A DNA stretch of 64,000 nucleotides from Chiloscyllium plagiosum (taxonomy: Eukaryota), in assembly GCF_004010195.1 (NCBI RefSeq), contig NC_057719.1, forward strand, positions 749,417 through 813,416, in the 5' to 3' direction. Position numbers and translations under genes: made by a program. The notes below the pieces were generated by a model. That model saw nothing but the letters and a program-made list of their open reading frames with translations. It was not told where the DNA came from and made no database searches. Positions 37,321-51,047 of this stretch are shown one piece after another. Position 1 is the first letter of the stretch, and every line of letters starts with the position of its first letter.

Positions 37321-38825
37321 CCTGCTCTCCTCAATAGTCACGCTCCAATAGTCAGCCTCCTGATCCTATCCTAATCAAGTACATTAGCTCACATGTTTGG
37401 ATGCTAATCTCCCTCTGCTTAGGTTCTGACCTTTGCTCAGAAATGAAATCTGATTGGGTGAAGGGTAGAACCATCCCTGTTTCCCTTTGCAGGGGGTCTT
37501 CTGTGGATTCAACTGCGGATCCTTTTGCTAGTTCCTAACTCCCATAACCCTGACAGTGAAACAGACATCACCACAGATCTCCTGGATTCCTGCCATATCC
37601 ACTATCACACTGGGACATCTCTGTGTGTTACATTGGAACCACAGGCTGGTTGTAATGTAGCCAAACTTCCAACCACGTACCTACAGCATGACGATCATCA
37701 ACCACTCCCTACCCCAGTCACTCCTGCCTCTGTCCTGTCCTTGCTCCACTACTACTGAAAGCCCCATTCATCCCTCTGCTTAATCTACTCACACACGGGA
37801 TCAGGGCATCACTGGCTGGGTCAGCATTTATCCCCATCCAGAGTTAACCACATTGCTGTGGGTCTGGAGTCACGTGTAGGCCGGACCAGCTAAGGATGGC
37901 AGTTTCCTTCCCTGAGGGACGTTAGTGAACCAGATGGGCTTTCTTTTACGACAATCAACAATGTCTTATTCCATTTTTTTAAAAAATGGCATTTGGATTT
38001 AGTTATCAACCGTGGAAGGATTTGAACCCATGTCCTCAGAACATTAGCCAAAGCCTCTGGGTTACATTTTCATTGAATCCCTGCTCACTTGGTCTTGACT
38101 GTCCCAACACCGTCTTGCTGGTCTCTCACTTACCCCCCCCCTCTCTGGAAACTGGAGATCATCCAAACCACTGCTGCCTTGTACCAGTCACCCCCTGATT
38201 GGCCCACACGAGTTCTTAACCTAATAACATCTCTGTGTTTAAAAATCTCACCCTTGTTTTCAAATCCCTCATCAGCTTCACTCCCTCCTGATCTCCAAAG
38301 CCTCCTCCAGTTCTCAACCCTCTGACATCTCAGTAATCCTTTGGGGTTCCCCAGTCGATATCGCCCCACCATTGGCAGCTACAACTTCAGTTGCTGGGAA
38401 CTGAGCTCTGCCATTCCCAATCTAGAAGGACAAGGGCAGCAGATACATGGGAACACCACCCCCTGCAAGTTCCCCTCTGAGCCACTCATCATCCCGACTT
38501 GGAAATATATTGCTGTTTCTTCAGTGTTGCTGGGTCAAAGATCCCCCCCCCTAAAGGAATTGTCTACCTACAGCACATGGGCTGCAGCGGTTCAACAAGG
38601 CAGCTCACCCCCAGCAACTCAAGGGGCAACTAGGGATGGGTAATAAAATTCTAGCCCCGAGCCAATGACATCTATGCCCCGTGAGTGAATAAAGAAAAAT
38701 CCTCTGCCTCCGTCTTCCTGTTAAAGAAACTTTTAAAACTCTTTTCCATCTTTGAACAAGCGTTCTGTCACTTTTCCTACCATCTCTCTCGGTGGTTCAC
38801 TGCTTTATCCTGTCTGATAACACTC

Positions 38826-39142
38826 AGAGTCATTCAGCACTGAATCAAACCCTTTGGTCCAACCAGTCCTTGCTGACCATAACCACAAACTAAACTAGTC
38901 CCACCTGCCTGCTCCCATATCCCCCCAAACCTTTCCTAATCATGTATCCATCCAAATGTCTTTTAAACATTGTAATTGTCCCCACATCCACTGCTTCCTC
39001 AGGAAGTTCATTCCACATGTGAACCACCCTCCATGTAAAAAAAATGTCCCTCATGTCCTTTTTAAATCTCTCACCTCTCACTGTAAGAAATGTGCTCCCT
39101 GGTTTTGAAATCCCCCATCCTAGAGAAAGGGCAACTACCATT
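38826..39142 (-). mobile_element. CR1 3' end
   Basis: FFTWRVVHMWNELPEEAVDVGT. Confidence 0.85.
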
Positions 39143-39409
39143 AAGAACATAGACCATAAGAGCTAGGAGCAGGAATAGGCCGTCCGGCCCTTCGAGCCTG
39201 CCCCGCCCCTCAGTAAAATCATGGCTGATCCTTTTGTGACCTCAGCTCCACTTAACCACGTTTTCACCATGTCCCTCAATTCCTTTATTTTTCAAAAATG
39301 TACCTACCTTAGCTTCAAAAGTGATTATTGAGGTAGACCCAACTACTGCCCTGAGAAGTTGCCGCTACCTCAGTAATTGCTTTTAAAGCTGAGGTAAATA
39401 GTTTTTCGA

Positions 39410-40270
39410 CTGTGTACAATTCTGGTCTCCTTCCTATCGGAAAGATGTTGTGAAACTTGAAAGGGTTCAGAAAAGATTTGCCAGGGTTGGAGGATTTGAG
39501 CTATAGAGAGAGGCTGGGGCTGTTTTCCCTGGAGCGTCGGAGGCTGAGGGGTGACCTTACAGAGGTTTACAAAATTATGAGGGACATGGAAAGGGTAAAT
39601 AGACAAAGTCTTTTGTGGGCGGCACGGTGGCACAGTGGTTAGCACTGCTGCCTCACAGCGCCAGAGACCCGGGTTCAATTCCCGCCTCAGTCGACTGACT
39701 GTGTGGAGTTTGCACGTTCTCCCCGTGTCTGCGTGGGTTTCCTCCGGGTGCTCCGGTTTCCTCCCACAGTCACAAAGATGTGCAGGTCAGGTGAATTGGC
39801 CATTCTAAAGTGCCCGTAGTATTAGGCAAAGGGGTACATGTAGGGGTATGGGTGGGTTGCGCTTCGGCGGGGCGGTGTGGACTTGTTGGGCCGAAGGGCC
39901 TGTTTCCACACTGTAAGTAATCTAATCTAATCTAATCTTTTCTCTGGGATCGTGGAATCCAGAACTAGAGGGCATAGGTTTAGGGTGAGAGGGGAAAGGT
40001 ATAAAAGAGACCTAAGGGGCAACTTTTTCACGCAGAGGGTGGTACGTGTATGGAATGAGCTGCCAGAGGATGTGGTGGAGGCTGGTACAATTGCAACATT
40101 TAAGAGGCATTTGGATGGGTATATGAATAGGAAGGGATTGAAGGGATATGGGCCGGGTGCTGGCAGGTGGGACTACATTGGGTTGGGATATCTGGTCAGC
40201 ATGGCCGGGTTAGACCGAAGGGTCTGTTTCCATGCTGTACATCCCTATGACTCTATGGCTGTATGACTCT
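39410..40270 (+). mobile_element. CR1 3' fragment split by an HE1 SINE
   Basis: ...RVNRQSL | SINE | ...ESRTRGHRFRVRGE. Confidence 0.9.
39615..39935 (+). mobile_element. Young HE1-type V-SINE
   Basis: CpG-rich; intact A/B boxes; (TCTAA)n tail; tctttt on both sides (39609-39614, 39936-39941). Confidence 0.92.
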
Positions 40271-41479
40271 CTCTCTTCTAAGTCTATCTATACCCCTCAT
40301 CATTTTATAAACTATACGGTTGCCTCTGGTGTGATATTTGCTCCTTAGAACATTTCAGTTTGGTTGCCGGTGCTCTATAAATGCACATTGCAGTTACCCA
40401 GGGAGTTTTAACTGATGCAAAGCCCCTTGGGTTGAGCAGAACGTGTTGCTAGCTTGTAAATGGACACTGGGGAAAAGTGTGTTCACAGTCTGAGCAAACT
40501 CCATGGTCGGAGAGTCACTTTGAAGCACTCTATTTGTGTGAACCTTATGTGATTGCTGCTTACTCACCTGCTCCAGACCCAAACCCTGCAATTTTTTACC
40601 CTTTTTCAAGTATTTATACAATTTTCTTTTTGCTGACTTCCATTGAGTCTGGTCCCACTCAGACTGCCTCTTCTACATCACAACATCACACTACATTAAA
40701 TAACTTTGCTCAGCTGCTTCCTCTTGACAACCACTTTAACTCCTTTGTCTGTCTCCATCCTGCCTGTGGAAACAATCTCCTTCGTTACTCCAACAAAACG
40801 CTTCATTAATTTTCACCGTAATTAGACCTTCCCCGAACATTCCCTAACTTGATCCATCCCGGGTCCCTGCTGTGACAGGAGAACGTGCATATGGACATGA
40901 CCCAGCGCAGATTGCTGCACGCCAAGTTATCTTTGTTCAGCTCACCTGAAGTATCGGAGAGGGTCACTGCGGGTCACTGTGTCGATGCTGAGAATGAGGA
41001 TTTTCAAAATCCCACAGGGTGAGACTCTCAAATCCCCGGTTGAAGGGACAGTGACTGCATGGGGTTTGTAATCATTGAGATTTTCCTGGAAGGAGTAGAC
41101 TTGGTTGTCCATTTCCGAATCCGCTGTGAACTGATGACCCTCTCTAGGCCATTTCAGAGGGTGGTTTACCACATTGCTGTGGGTCTGGAGTCACATGTAG
41201 GCCAGACCAGTAAAAAATGGCTGTTTCTGACGGGTTTTTTATATGTCAATGGACAGAGGTTACATGTTAACTGTTATGGGAGGTTTTTATTCTAGATTCT
41301 GTTTTAATTCTAGTCCCATCATCTACCACAAGAATTTAACATGTAGGAGCAGATATAGCCATTCAGTGAGGTAATGGCTAATCTGATAATCCTCAACTGC
41401 ACTTTCCTGTGTTTTCTCTATTGCCCCTTGATTCCCTTCCTGATTAAAAATCTGTCTGTCTCAGCCTTGAGAATACTTT

Positions 41480-41803
41480 GGCACAGCACGGTGGCTCAGT
41501 GGTTAGCACTGCTGCCTCACAGCACTAGGGTCCCAGGTTCAATTCCAGCCTCAGGGTGACTGTCTGTGTGGAGTTTGCACATTCTCCCCGTGTCTGCGTG
41601 GGTTTCCTCCAGGTGCTCTGGTTTCCTCCCACAGTCACAAAGATGTGCAGGTCAGGTGAATTGGCCATGCTAAATTGCCCGTAGTGTTAGGTGCATCAGT
41701 CAGAGGGAAATAGGTCTGGGTGGGTTACTCTTCGGAGGGTCGGTGTGGACTGGTTGGGCCGAAGGGCCTGTTTCCACACTGTAGGGAATCTAATCTAATC
41801 TAA
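41480..41803 (+). mobile_element. HE1-type V-SINE nested in an older minus-strand CR1 (~41340-42100)
   Basis: Same head, V-domain and tail as 39615-39935. Confidence 0.9.
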
Positions 41804-42379
41804 AACTCAGCCTCTGCAGCCCGCTGTAGTCAAGAATTCTGTAGAATCCTTACTCTCTGAGAGAAGAAATTCCTCTTCATCTCTGTCTTAAATGTGTGAT
41901 CCATTATTCTGAGATTATGGCCACTGGTCCTAGACTCTCCCACAAGGAGAGACAACGTTTCCATACCTTCCCTCTCTAGTCCCCTAAAAAACTTCTGTGT
42001 TTCAATATGGTCACCTCTCATTCAAAACTCCAGTGAATACAAACCCAACCTACTCAATCTCTTCTCGTAAGACAGTCCCTCCATTCCCGGGATCAGCCCC
42101 AGGAGAGCAGGAGCCTGCTTCAGTGGCTCTGTGATGTTACTGCACTCTCAATCCAAGGCCACATAGATCAGGGCCAACCACTGCAGTTGGAGAATTTACA
42201 TTCAATCATTGAATAAAAGTCCTGTCTCTGTATTGGTGAAAATGACATCACTGGATTGTTGTAAAGACCCTTCTGATCCACTTGGAGGGGGAGAAATCTC
42301 TCATCTTATCACACTCAGGCCTATGTGTGACTCCCAACACAACAACTTAACTGATAATCCTCTGAGGAACTCCTGCAGA

Positions 42380-43190
42380 GATGTCAGTCATTTCAGCTCT
42401 TGGATCTCCAACAACCACAACCATCTTCCTAAGTGCCAGGTATGACTCTGAGCAGTGGGAGGGTTGACCCTGATACCCATTGACTCCAGTTTTGCAAGAG
42501 CTCCTTGATGCCACACTTGGTCAAATGTGGCCTTATGTTAAGGACCAGGTAATGACCATCTCCAACAACAGAGAATCTAACCACCACCACTTGACATTTG
42601 ATGGCATGACCTCACACAATGCCCCCATTATCAACATCCTGGCGATTACCATTGATCAGAAATTCAACTGGACTTGCCATATAAACACAGTGGCTACAAA
42701 TACAGGTCAGAGACTAAGAATCATGCAAAAAGTCACATTCCCTGACTCCCCAAAGCCTGTCCACCATCTGCACGGCACAAGTCCGGAGTGTAATGGAATA
42801 CTCCCCACTTGCCCTGGATGGGTTCAGATCCAAGAAGCTGGATACCATCCAGGACAAAGCAGCCACTTGATTGGCACCACATCCACAAACACCCACTCCC
42901 TCCACCACTGACGCTCAGTAGCAGCAGTGTGCACCATCTATAAGATACACTGCAGAAACTCACCAAAGATCCTCAGATATCACCTTCCAAACCCACGATG
43001 ACTTCCATCTGGAAGGTCAAAAGCAGCAGGTACATGGGAACACAACCATCTACAACATCCCCTCCAAGCGCCTCACCATCCTGACGTGAAAATATTTTGC
43101 AGTTCCTTCAGTGTCGCTGGGTCAGAATCCTGGAATTCCCTCACATGGACTATAGTAGTTCAAGATGACAGCTCACCACCACCTTCTGAA
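42380..43190 (+). mobile_element. Second CR1/L2-group LINE, 3' part
   Basis: INILAITIDQKFNWTCHIN...GTTSTNTHSLHH; same family as 8895-9680. Confidence 0.8.
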
Positions 43191-43781
43191 TGGAAATTGT
43201 GCAAAGTCTTCATATTGATCCCTGGTTCCATTCCTTAGGAAGGGTTTTAGAGTGTGATCACAGTTACTTCAATGGAATGGTCCCAGCGATGAGAGACTGT
43301 GGGATACCGGATAACCTGGTACCTTTCTTCTTGGGGTAGAGAGGATTTGGTGCAATTGTTCCAAATGCTAGATTTGCAAATGTATCCACTGTCATATTTT
43401 ACCTAGTGAATGGTTGTGATAAGGAGGTGGAGATAGATTAAGAAGTAATTTTCAAAAGGAAATTGCATTGATTCTTGAAGGGCAAAGATTTTTAGGATTA
43501 GAGGCAGAAAGCCTGTAGGCAGGATCAATCGAAGATTCACTCATTGAACCAGGATAGATTCGCAGGGCTGAATGCACTCAGCTGTACAATTCTTTTGAAT
43601 CCAACTGAGCTTTTAGCTTTCTGATGTTTGTGGGATCCTACAGTGCACCTTTCCATTTACCCACAGTACAACCATGAGCACATTTTCGAGGTCTTTTCAA
43701 AGACACTGAAGCTTGTTGGATGTCTGGAGGATGTATTGCAAAGTGCTGTAAAAATCTTTCAGTCTAGGTACTGTTGCCTCA

Positions 43782-43838
43782 GGACGTCCCTGTCATCTCT
43801 GGACGTCCCTGTCATCTCTGGACGTCACTGTTATCTCC
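43782..43838. repeat. 19-bp tandem triplication ggacgtccctgtcatctct
   Basis: Two exact copies and one diverged copy. Confidence 0.9.
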
Positions 43839-44224
43839 AGATCAGCTGGGAGACAGGCCTGCAGCAAGAACACAGAGTTCCTTCAACACTGAGAGCAGTT
43901 TTACTGAAGTAACATTCACGGCAAACTGCTTCAATACATCACACCAAACCCACTGGTGTACAAGAGCTTGCTGCTTGCTCCCTTCCTCCCACCCCCATTT
44001 CTCAAAAACCAACTTGGAGACAACAAAACCAAACAAAATAAATCTACAACAAGAACTGAAAATGCTGGGAATACTCAACAGGTCCGGCAGATCCATGGAG
44101 GGAGAAAAATGGGATCACTGTTACAGGGCGTTTTTGGTCCTTTTAAAGGAAAGATGTCATTTGATCGGAGGCAGTTCAGAGAAGGTTCACGAGGGTGATC
44201 CCTGGGATGGGGAGGGAATGACTT

Positions 44225-44780
44225 ATAGAGTCATAGAGATGTACAGCATGGAAACAGACCCTTCGCTCCAACCCATCCATGCCAACCAGATATCCCAACC
44301 CAATCTAGTCCCACCTGCCAGCACCCGGACCATAACCCTCCAAACCCTTCCTATTCATATACCCATCCAGATGCCTCTTAAATGTTGCAATTGTACCAGC
44401 CTCCACCACATCCTCTGGCAGCTCATTCCATACACGTACCACCCTCTGCGTGAGAAAGTTGTCCCTTGGGTCTCTTTTATATCTTTCCCCCCTCACCCTA
44501 AACCTATGCCCTCTAGTTCTGGACTCCCCAACCCCAGGGAAAAGACTTTGTCTATATACCAAACGCCTTCTTCACTATCCTATCTACCTGCGACTCCACT
44601 TTCACGAAGCTCTGAACTACAAGGTCTCTTTGTTCAGCAACACTCCCTAGGACCTTACCATTAAATGTATAAGTCCTGCTAAGATTTGCTTTCTCAAAAT
44701 GCAGCACCTCGCATTTATCTGAATTAAACTCCATCTGCCACTTCTCAGCCCATTGGCCCATCTGGTCTAGATCCTGTTGT
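44225..44780 (-). mobile_element. Young CR1 fragment with an internal deletion, nested in an older plus-strand CR1
   Basis: WAEKWQMEFNSDKCEVLHF...KKAFG is joined to YRQSLFPGVGESRTRG. Confidence 0.85.
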
Positions 44781-45024
44781 TATGAGCAAAGGCTGAACAG
44801 CCTGGGGACTCATTGGAGTTTAGAAGAACGAGAGGCAATCTCTTTGAAACGTATAGGATGCCGAAGGAGCTTCACAGGATAAATGCTGAGAGGATGTCTC
44901 CCCAGTTTCAGACTGAGATGAGGAGGAATTTCTGCTCTGAGGATTGGCAGTCTTTGGAACTCCTTGTCGCAGAGAGCTGTGACAGCAGAGTCCTCGGGTA
45001 TATTTAAGGCTGAGATAGATTCTT

Positions 45025-45460
45025 GAGGTCTGTCCTGGCTAACTTGTAACTCTCAAATGCCCTAACTGAGCCTTCACATCATATCCTAACATAAGCCTCC
45101 TTCTTCCTCTTGTCAAGAGATTCAATGTCTTTAATAAACCATGGCTCTCTCGCTTGGCCACTTCCTCCCTGCCTGACAGGTACATACCTGTCAAGGGCCC
45201 GCAGTTCCTTGAATAAGCTCCACATTTCAATTGTGCCAATCTCCTGCAGTTTCCTTTCCCACTCTATGCATCCTAAATCTTGCCTAATCACATCACAATT
45301 GCCTTTCTCCCAGCTATAACTCTTGCCCTGCGGTATATACCTAACCCTTTCCATCGCTAAAGTAAACATAACCTAATTGTGGTCACTATCACCAAAGTGC
45401 TCATCAACCTCCAAATCTAACACCTGGATGGGTTCATTACCCAGTACCAAATCCAATGTT
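45025..45460 (-). mobile_element. CR1 ORF2 fragment (end of APE and linker)
   Basis: ...IEMWSLFKELRALDRYVPVRQGG...PWF; an uninterrupted homologue of the 19.2-kb site. Confidence 0.85.
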
Positions 45461-46557
45461 GAGAAGATTAAGGAGAATCAGTAGATGTCATGTATTTGGA
45501 TTTTCAAAAATAATTCAGTGAAATGACACACGAGATTATTATGTAAAATTAGGCCCCAATGGGATTGGGGTAATATATTAGCATGGGTGGAAGGTTCATT
45601 CATAGGCAGGGACTCTGAGGGTTAGCAGTGTATAATGAGCAGGGAACCACAGGGGACACTGCTGGGCTCTCAGCTCTTCATCATCGACATGGGTGAGACT
45701 GACTGTAGTGTACCCAAGTTTCCTGATGATACCAAGCTCAGTGAAAATGTAAACTGTGAGGGCATGTCCGAGGGATTACAAAGGGTCAGTGGACAGTGAG
45801 GAGCAGACAGAGCCCCTGTGATATTTCTATTTAAGGAACATTAGGAGTAGGCCATTCGGCCCCTCCAGCCTGCCTTGCCATTTGATACGATCATGTCTGA
45901 GCTCACCTCTGCCTCAACTCCACCTTGGAGTTGATATACTCATTATATACTGGCAGCGCTCTATAACCCTCCATCCCAGTCCTAATTAAACATCTGCCTG
46001 TCCTTGAGGAAGGATGATTTTTGTGCTGAAGGCGGTGCAGTAAGGGCTGGTAAGAGAGTTCCCTCGGGATGAAGGGGTTGTGCTGTCTTGAGAGATGCAG
46101 GGATTTGGGCCGATACTCTCCAAACGAGATTCTGAAGGGGCCGGGCAGGGTTCATATCTTGACCATACCCCCCCTCGGCTGGGGAATCGAGGACCCCTGG
46201 GGGTGTGGGGGGGGGGGGGGGGGAAGGGAGGGGCGTGGGGAAGCCTGGAGATTAGGTGAGGATCATTTGAAACTAAGAGAAATGTCTTCATGCAGGTGGA
46301 GGTGACTGGTTGAGATTATTTACCCCAGAGACTGGTGGTTGCTCAATGAGTACATTCAAAGCTGAGATAAGACATAGGAGCAGAAATAGGGCCATTCAGC
46401 CCATTGAGTCTGCTCCCACCTTTGACGGAATCATGGCTGATCTGATATTCCTCAGCTGCACTTTCTTGCCTTTTCCCATGTAACCCTTGATTCCCTTCCT
46501 GATCAAAAATCTGTCTCAGCATTGAACACACTGAATGGCCCAGCCTCGCCCCTCAGG

Positions 46558-46868
46558 AGCGTCACGGGGCTCAGTGGTTAGCACTGCTGCCGCCTCACAG
46601 CACCAGGAACCTGGGTTCGATTCCAGCCTCGGATGACTGTCTGTGCGGAGTTTACACGTTCTCCCTGTGGCTGTGTGGGTTTCCTCTCGCAGTCCAAAGG
46701 TGTGCAGGTTTGGGTGGTTTGGCCGTGCTAAATTGTCCATTGTGTTCTGGGATGTGTAGGTTAGGTGCATTAGTCAGAGGAATGGGTCTGGGTGGGTTAG
46801 TCTTCAGGGGATTGGTGTGGACTCGTTGGGCTGAATGGCCTGTTTTCACACTATAGAGATTCTAAATT
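46558..46868 (+). mobile_element. HE1-type V-SINE, diverged
   Basis: ggctcagtggttagcactgctgc...ggttcgattcc...V-domain. Confidence 0.85.
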
Positions 46869-48077
46869 CAGAATTTTGGGTCTTGGGATAAGTGGAGATA
46901 AATCAGCCATGTGATGGTACAGGTCTGAAGGGCTGAACGGCCTTTGTCATCAGCCAATAACAATAGAGTCAGCTTTCAGGAATAAAGTTCAGAGATGTTT
47001 CCTCTATTACAGAGTCAGAGGAATTCAGAACTCGGCCACAGGTGCAAGATCGATTGTTGGAGTGTAAATCTGAGAGAGACTTTTATTATTGAAAGATATT
47101 AAGGGACAATGATGGGTTTAGTAGGTTATGTCTGATCTCAGTGAATGGCAGAATAGATTGAAGGGAATGAATGAGACAGCTGAGTGAGTCACTCTGTTCA
47201 GGGACAATTATGACAGGCAACAGATACTGCCAGTGGCACCTACATTACACTGAGTGATCTTTATAAAACATCCCACAGACCTTCCCTGAACTGAGCCCAG
47301 ACTTTGGTCAGAAGCCAGCAGTGTGGTCAACATTGACTTGACTAGAAAGTGATCGCTCAGTTGTACAAAAGGACCAAGCGTTCCAGGTGGTCACTGAGCG
47401 AAGTGAAGACCCTTTCCGAAAGTTGACTGTGGGATTGTTGACAGATGTTGGATGCTGTCCACATCCTGAACATGAATTATAAACAGTTGTGATGCTCTCT
47501 GTGTTTCTGCTGAGTCTGGTGTTGGTTTGTTTTGGCAGTTGGTGTTGTTATACTCGAGTCATTACCTACCTCTGAGCTGACCTGGCAATGACAGTCAAAC
47601 CATTGCAGCGTCACTGGCCCAGAGGGAGAGCAGGTAAACCTGCAACAGCCTCCACCCCAGCATTGAATAATGGCACCGTCTAGACCTCCCCTCCTGCCCC
47701 CCCACCCCCTGCCCTTGTATCACTCTGTGCTTGCACTCCAGCTGAAACTGCAGCTACAAAACACTTTGCCAGAAAGTAATTATAACTTACTTCCCGTGTC
47801 CTTGCCAGCACATTAACTGTAATTACAGCCTACAACAGCTTTAACCAAGACTCCATCTCACTGAGCACAGGTACACGACTGAATACACCTAGCATTCAGC
47901 TCCACCAACCCCAGCACTGAGTCACAGATTTAATGGATTTTCTCAGGTGGTTTGTAAATAGCACAAGGCACATTTGTGTAGTGCCTTTAACATGGTCAGA
48001 CTTCTCAAGGGGCCTCACAACTACCAATTATCTGAAGAAAAATTTGACAGTGAGCCTACCCAGGAGACATTGGGACT

Positions 48078-48550
48078 GTTCTGGTCACCACATAACAGGG
48101 GGGGTGTAGAGGTTTTGGAGAGGGTGTGGAAGGGGTTGCTGCCTGGATTGGAGGGTATGAGCCATAAGGAGAGGCTAGAAAAACTTGGGTTGTTTTCTCT
48201 GGAGCAGCGGAGGCTGAGGGGGGAACTCGATAGAAGTCTATAACATTATGAGATGCATGGATAGGGCTGACAAAATCTATTTTGGCAGAGTTGAAATGTC
48301 TAAAACTTGGGGGAACAATGGTGAGAGGGGGCAGGTTCAAAGGAGAGGTGAGGGGCACGATTTTACACCGAGAGTGGTAGGAGTCTGGAATGAGCTGCTC
48401 GGGGTGGCGGTGGAGGAAGTTTAAGAGGTTTTTAGATAAGTTCATGAAATGCAGGAAATGGAGGGATTAGTTTAATTTGGCATCATGTAGGGCACACCAT
48501 CGTGGGCCGAAGGGCCTGTTCCTGTGCTGTACTGTTCTGTGTTCGATGTT
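48078..48550 (+). mobile_element. CR1 3' fragment
   Basis: ERLEKLGLFSLEQRRLRG; tail gggccgaagggcctg. Confidence 0.85.
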
Positions 48551-49214
48551 AAAAGCTTGATCAGAAAGGGAGGGTCAGAAGACTTTTTCCCAGGAGGAAA
48601 GAGATTCTGAGGAGTTTTGAGAGAATTGCAGAAAAGTGTTCACCACTCACAGTGAGCTTATTAAAACCAACCATCAGCCAGAATGAGAGGAGCATAGAGA
48701 TCTCGATGGGTTGTGGGGCCGGATATGAGGGGCTTCTGAGGATTTTGAAAATAAAATGATGAGTTTGACATCAAGGTGTTTCTGGAGTGGGAGCCGCTGC
48801 AGGCACTGAGTGGGTAAGGGGGGGGTGAGACATGGACAGCAGAGTTTGGGATATGGTCACGTTTCTGGAGGGGGGGAGGAGCTGAGGCCGTTTGGGAGAG
48901 AGAGGGGTGGTAACGACGAGAAGGTTGACATTTCCTGTAGTGGAGGGGCTGACGCAGTGAGGACTCGGGAATTTTACGGAGGTGGAATTCTGTGCTGGCG
49001 ATGGTTGGAAGCTCATGTTTGCGGCAGGAGGTCAAGTACAGCAGCGAGATTGTGAACGGTCAGGATCAGAACTTGCTCCCAGGTGGAGAGGAGGCCATGA
49101 TGAAGGAACAAGGGGGGGTGGGCACTGAAGGCACTGGCTATTGGGAGAATGCCTCTGCTCCTAAAGCACCGCATGTCAGACCTGTCACTGGTGATAATGC
49201 CTTAGCCCTTTTCT

Positions 49215-51045
49215 AGAACAGTGAAGCACAGGAACAGGCCCTTCAGCCCATCATGTCTGTGCTGACCATGATGCCATTCTAACCTAATCCCACCTGCCTG
49301 CACACGGTCCATATCCCTCTCTTCTTTGCCTAAACGTTGCTGTTGTTTCTGCATCTACCACCTCCCCAGGCAGCGCATTCCTACCACCCTCTGTGTAAAA
49401 ATAAAATTCCCCTCACACATCTCCTTGAAACATCCCCCTCTCACCTTCAACCTATGCTCCCTCCTATTTGACACTTCCCACCCTGGGAACAGACCATCAA
49501 TGACCCACCCTACCCTCTCACCATTTTATACACTTCTCTCAGCCTCCAACAAAAACAATCCATGTTTGTCTAACCCCTCCTTATAGCTCATACACTCCAA
49601 TCCAGGCAGCATCCTGGGAAACCTCTTCTGCACCCTCACCAAAGCCTCTACGTCCTGCCTATAGAGTGGGGACCAGTACTGCACACGACACTCCAAAACA
49701 TGGCCTCACTAAAACTTTACACAGCTGTAACATGACTTGCCAACTTTTTTACTCAGTGCCCCAACTGATGAAGACAAGCGTTCCATACGCCTTATTTATC
49801 AGCTTACCCACTTGTGTTGCCACATACAGGGAGCTATGGACTTGCATCCCAAGATTCCTCTGTATATCAATACTCCTAAAGGTTCTGCCACTTACTGTAT
49901 ACTTTCCTCTTGCATTTAACCTCCAAAAATGCATCACCTCTCACTTGTCATTTTAAACTCCATCTGCTATTTCACTGCCCAACTTTCTAGCTGGTCTATA
50001 TCCTGCTGTATCCTTTGATAACCTTCCTCAATAGCCATAACTCCATTAATTTTCATGTCATCTGCAAACTGACTAATCAGACCACCTACCTTTTCATAGA
50101 ATCATAGAATCCCTACAGTATAGAAACAGGCCATTTGGCCCATCAAGATTTACAAGGATGTTGCCAGGGTTGGAGAGCGATCTAAGGGGCAACGTTTTCA
50201 CGCAGAGGGTGGTACATGTATGGAATGAGCTGCCAGAGGATGTGGTGGAGGCTGGTACAATTACAACATTTAAGAGGTATCTGGAAGGGTATATGAATAG
50301 GAAGGGTTTGGAGGGATATGGGCCGGGTGCTGGCAGGTGGGACTAGATTGGGTTGGGATATCTGGTCGGCATGGCCGGGTTAGACCGAAGGGTCTGTTTC
50401 TGTGCTGTACATCTCTATGACTCTAAGTGCTCACTGACCCCGCAAAGAGCATCCCACACAGACCTATCTCCCTACCCTAACCCTGTAAGCCTGCATTCCC
50501 TGTGGCCAGCCCACCCTAACCTGTACATCTTAATGATGGTGGGAGGAAACCCATGCAGATATGGGGAGAATGTGCAAACTCCACACATTCAGTCTGAGGC
50601 TGGAATCAAACCTCTGGGGCTGTGAGACAGCATTGCTAACCACTGAGCCACTGTGCCACCCCAATCATCCAAGTCATTTCTCTATATTACAAAGAATAGC
50701 AATCCCAGAACTGATCCTTGTGGAACACCACTGGTCACAGACCTCCAGTCAAAACAAACACTGCTCCACAAGGACCCTTTGTCTTCAGTGACCAAGCTGG
50801 GTTTGTACCCAAGGTACCAGCTCACTGTGGATCCCATGTGAGTTTACCTTCTGGTGCAGCTGACCAGGTCTGTGTAGACAACATCCACTGCACTACCATC
50901 ATCTATCACCTTTCTCGCCGCCTCAAAAACCTCAATCAGATTTGAGACGAGATGCCCTTCCCTGTGCACAGTCATGCTGACTATCCCTAATAAGTGAGTA
51001 AATCCCGTCCCTAATAATCTTTCCCAATAATGTCCTACCACAGGT
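49215..51045 (-). mobile_element. CR1 ORF2/3' fragment containing a nested HE1 (~50095-50660, minus) that itself contains a CR1 3' end (~50146-50425, plus)
   Basis: The RT sequence breaks at ~50095 and resumes at ~50665 (gatccttgtggaacacc = GVPQGS on the minus strand). Confidence 0.8.
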
Positions 51046-51047
51046 GC

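Noticed and set aside
39615..39700. tRNA genes suggested by A/B boxes
   Set aside because: These are tRNA-derived HE1 SINE heads followed by a V-domain and a LINE-like tail.
40562..40570. Perfect minus-strand donor CAG|GTGAGT
   Set aside because: It lies at the edge of a decayed CR1-like tail with no convincing acceptor.
43774..44664. 296-aa ORF
   Set aside because: Chance read-through of unique sequence and antisense CR1 fragments, with a non-ATG start.
47539..47633. Candidate exon 2 (ttttggcag|...CAG|gtaaac)
   Set aside because: In-frame stop when joined in phase to exon 1.
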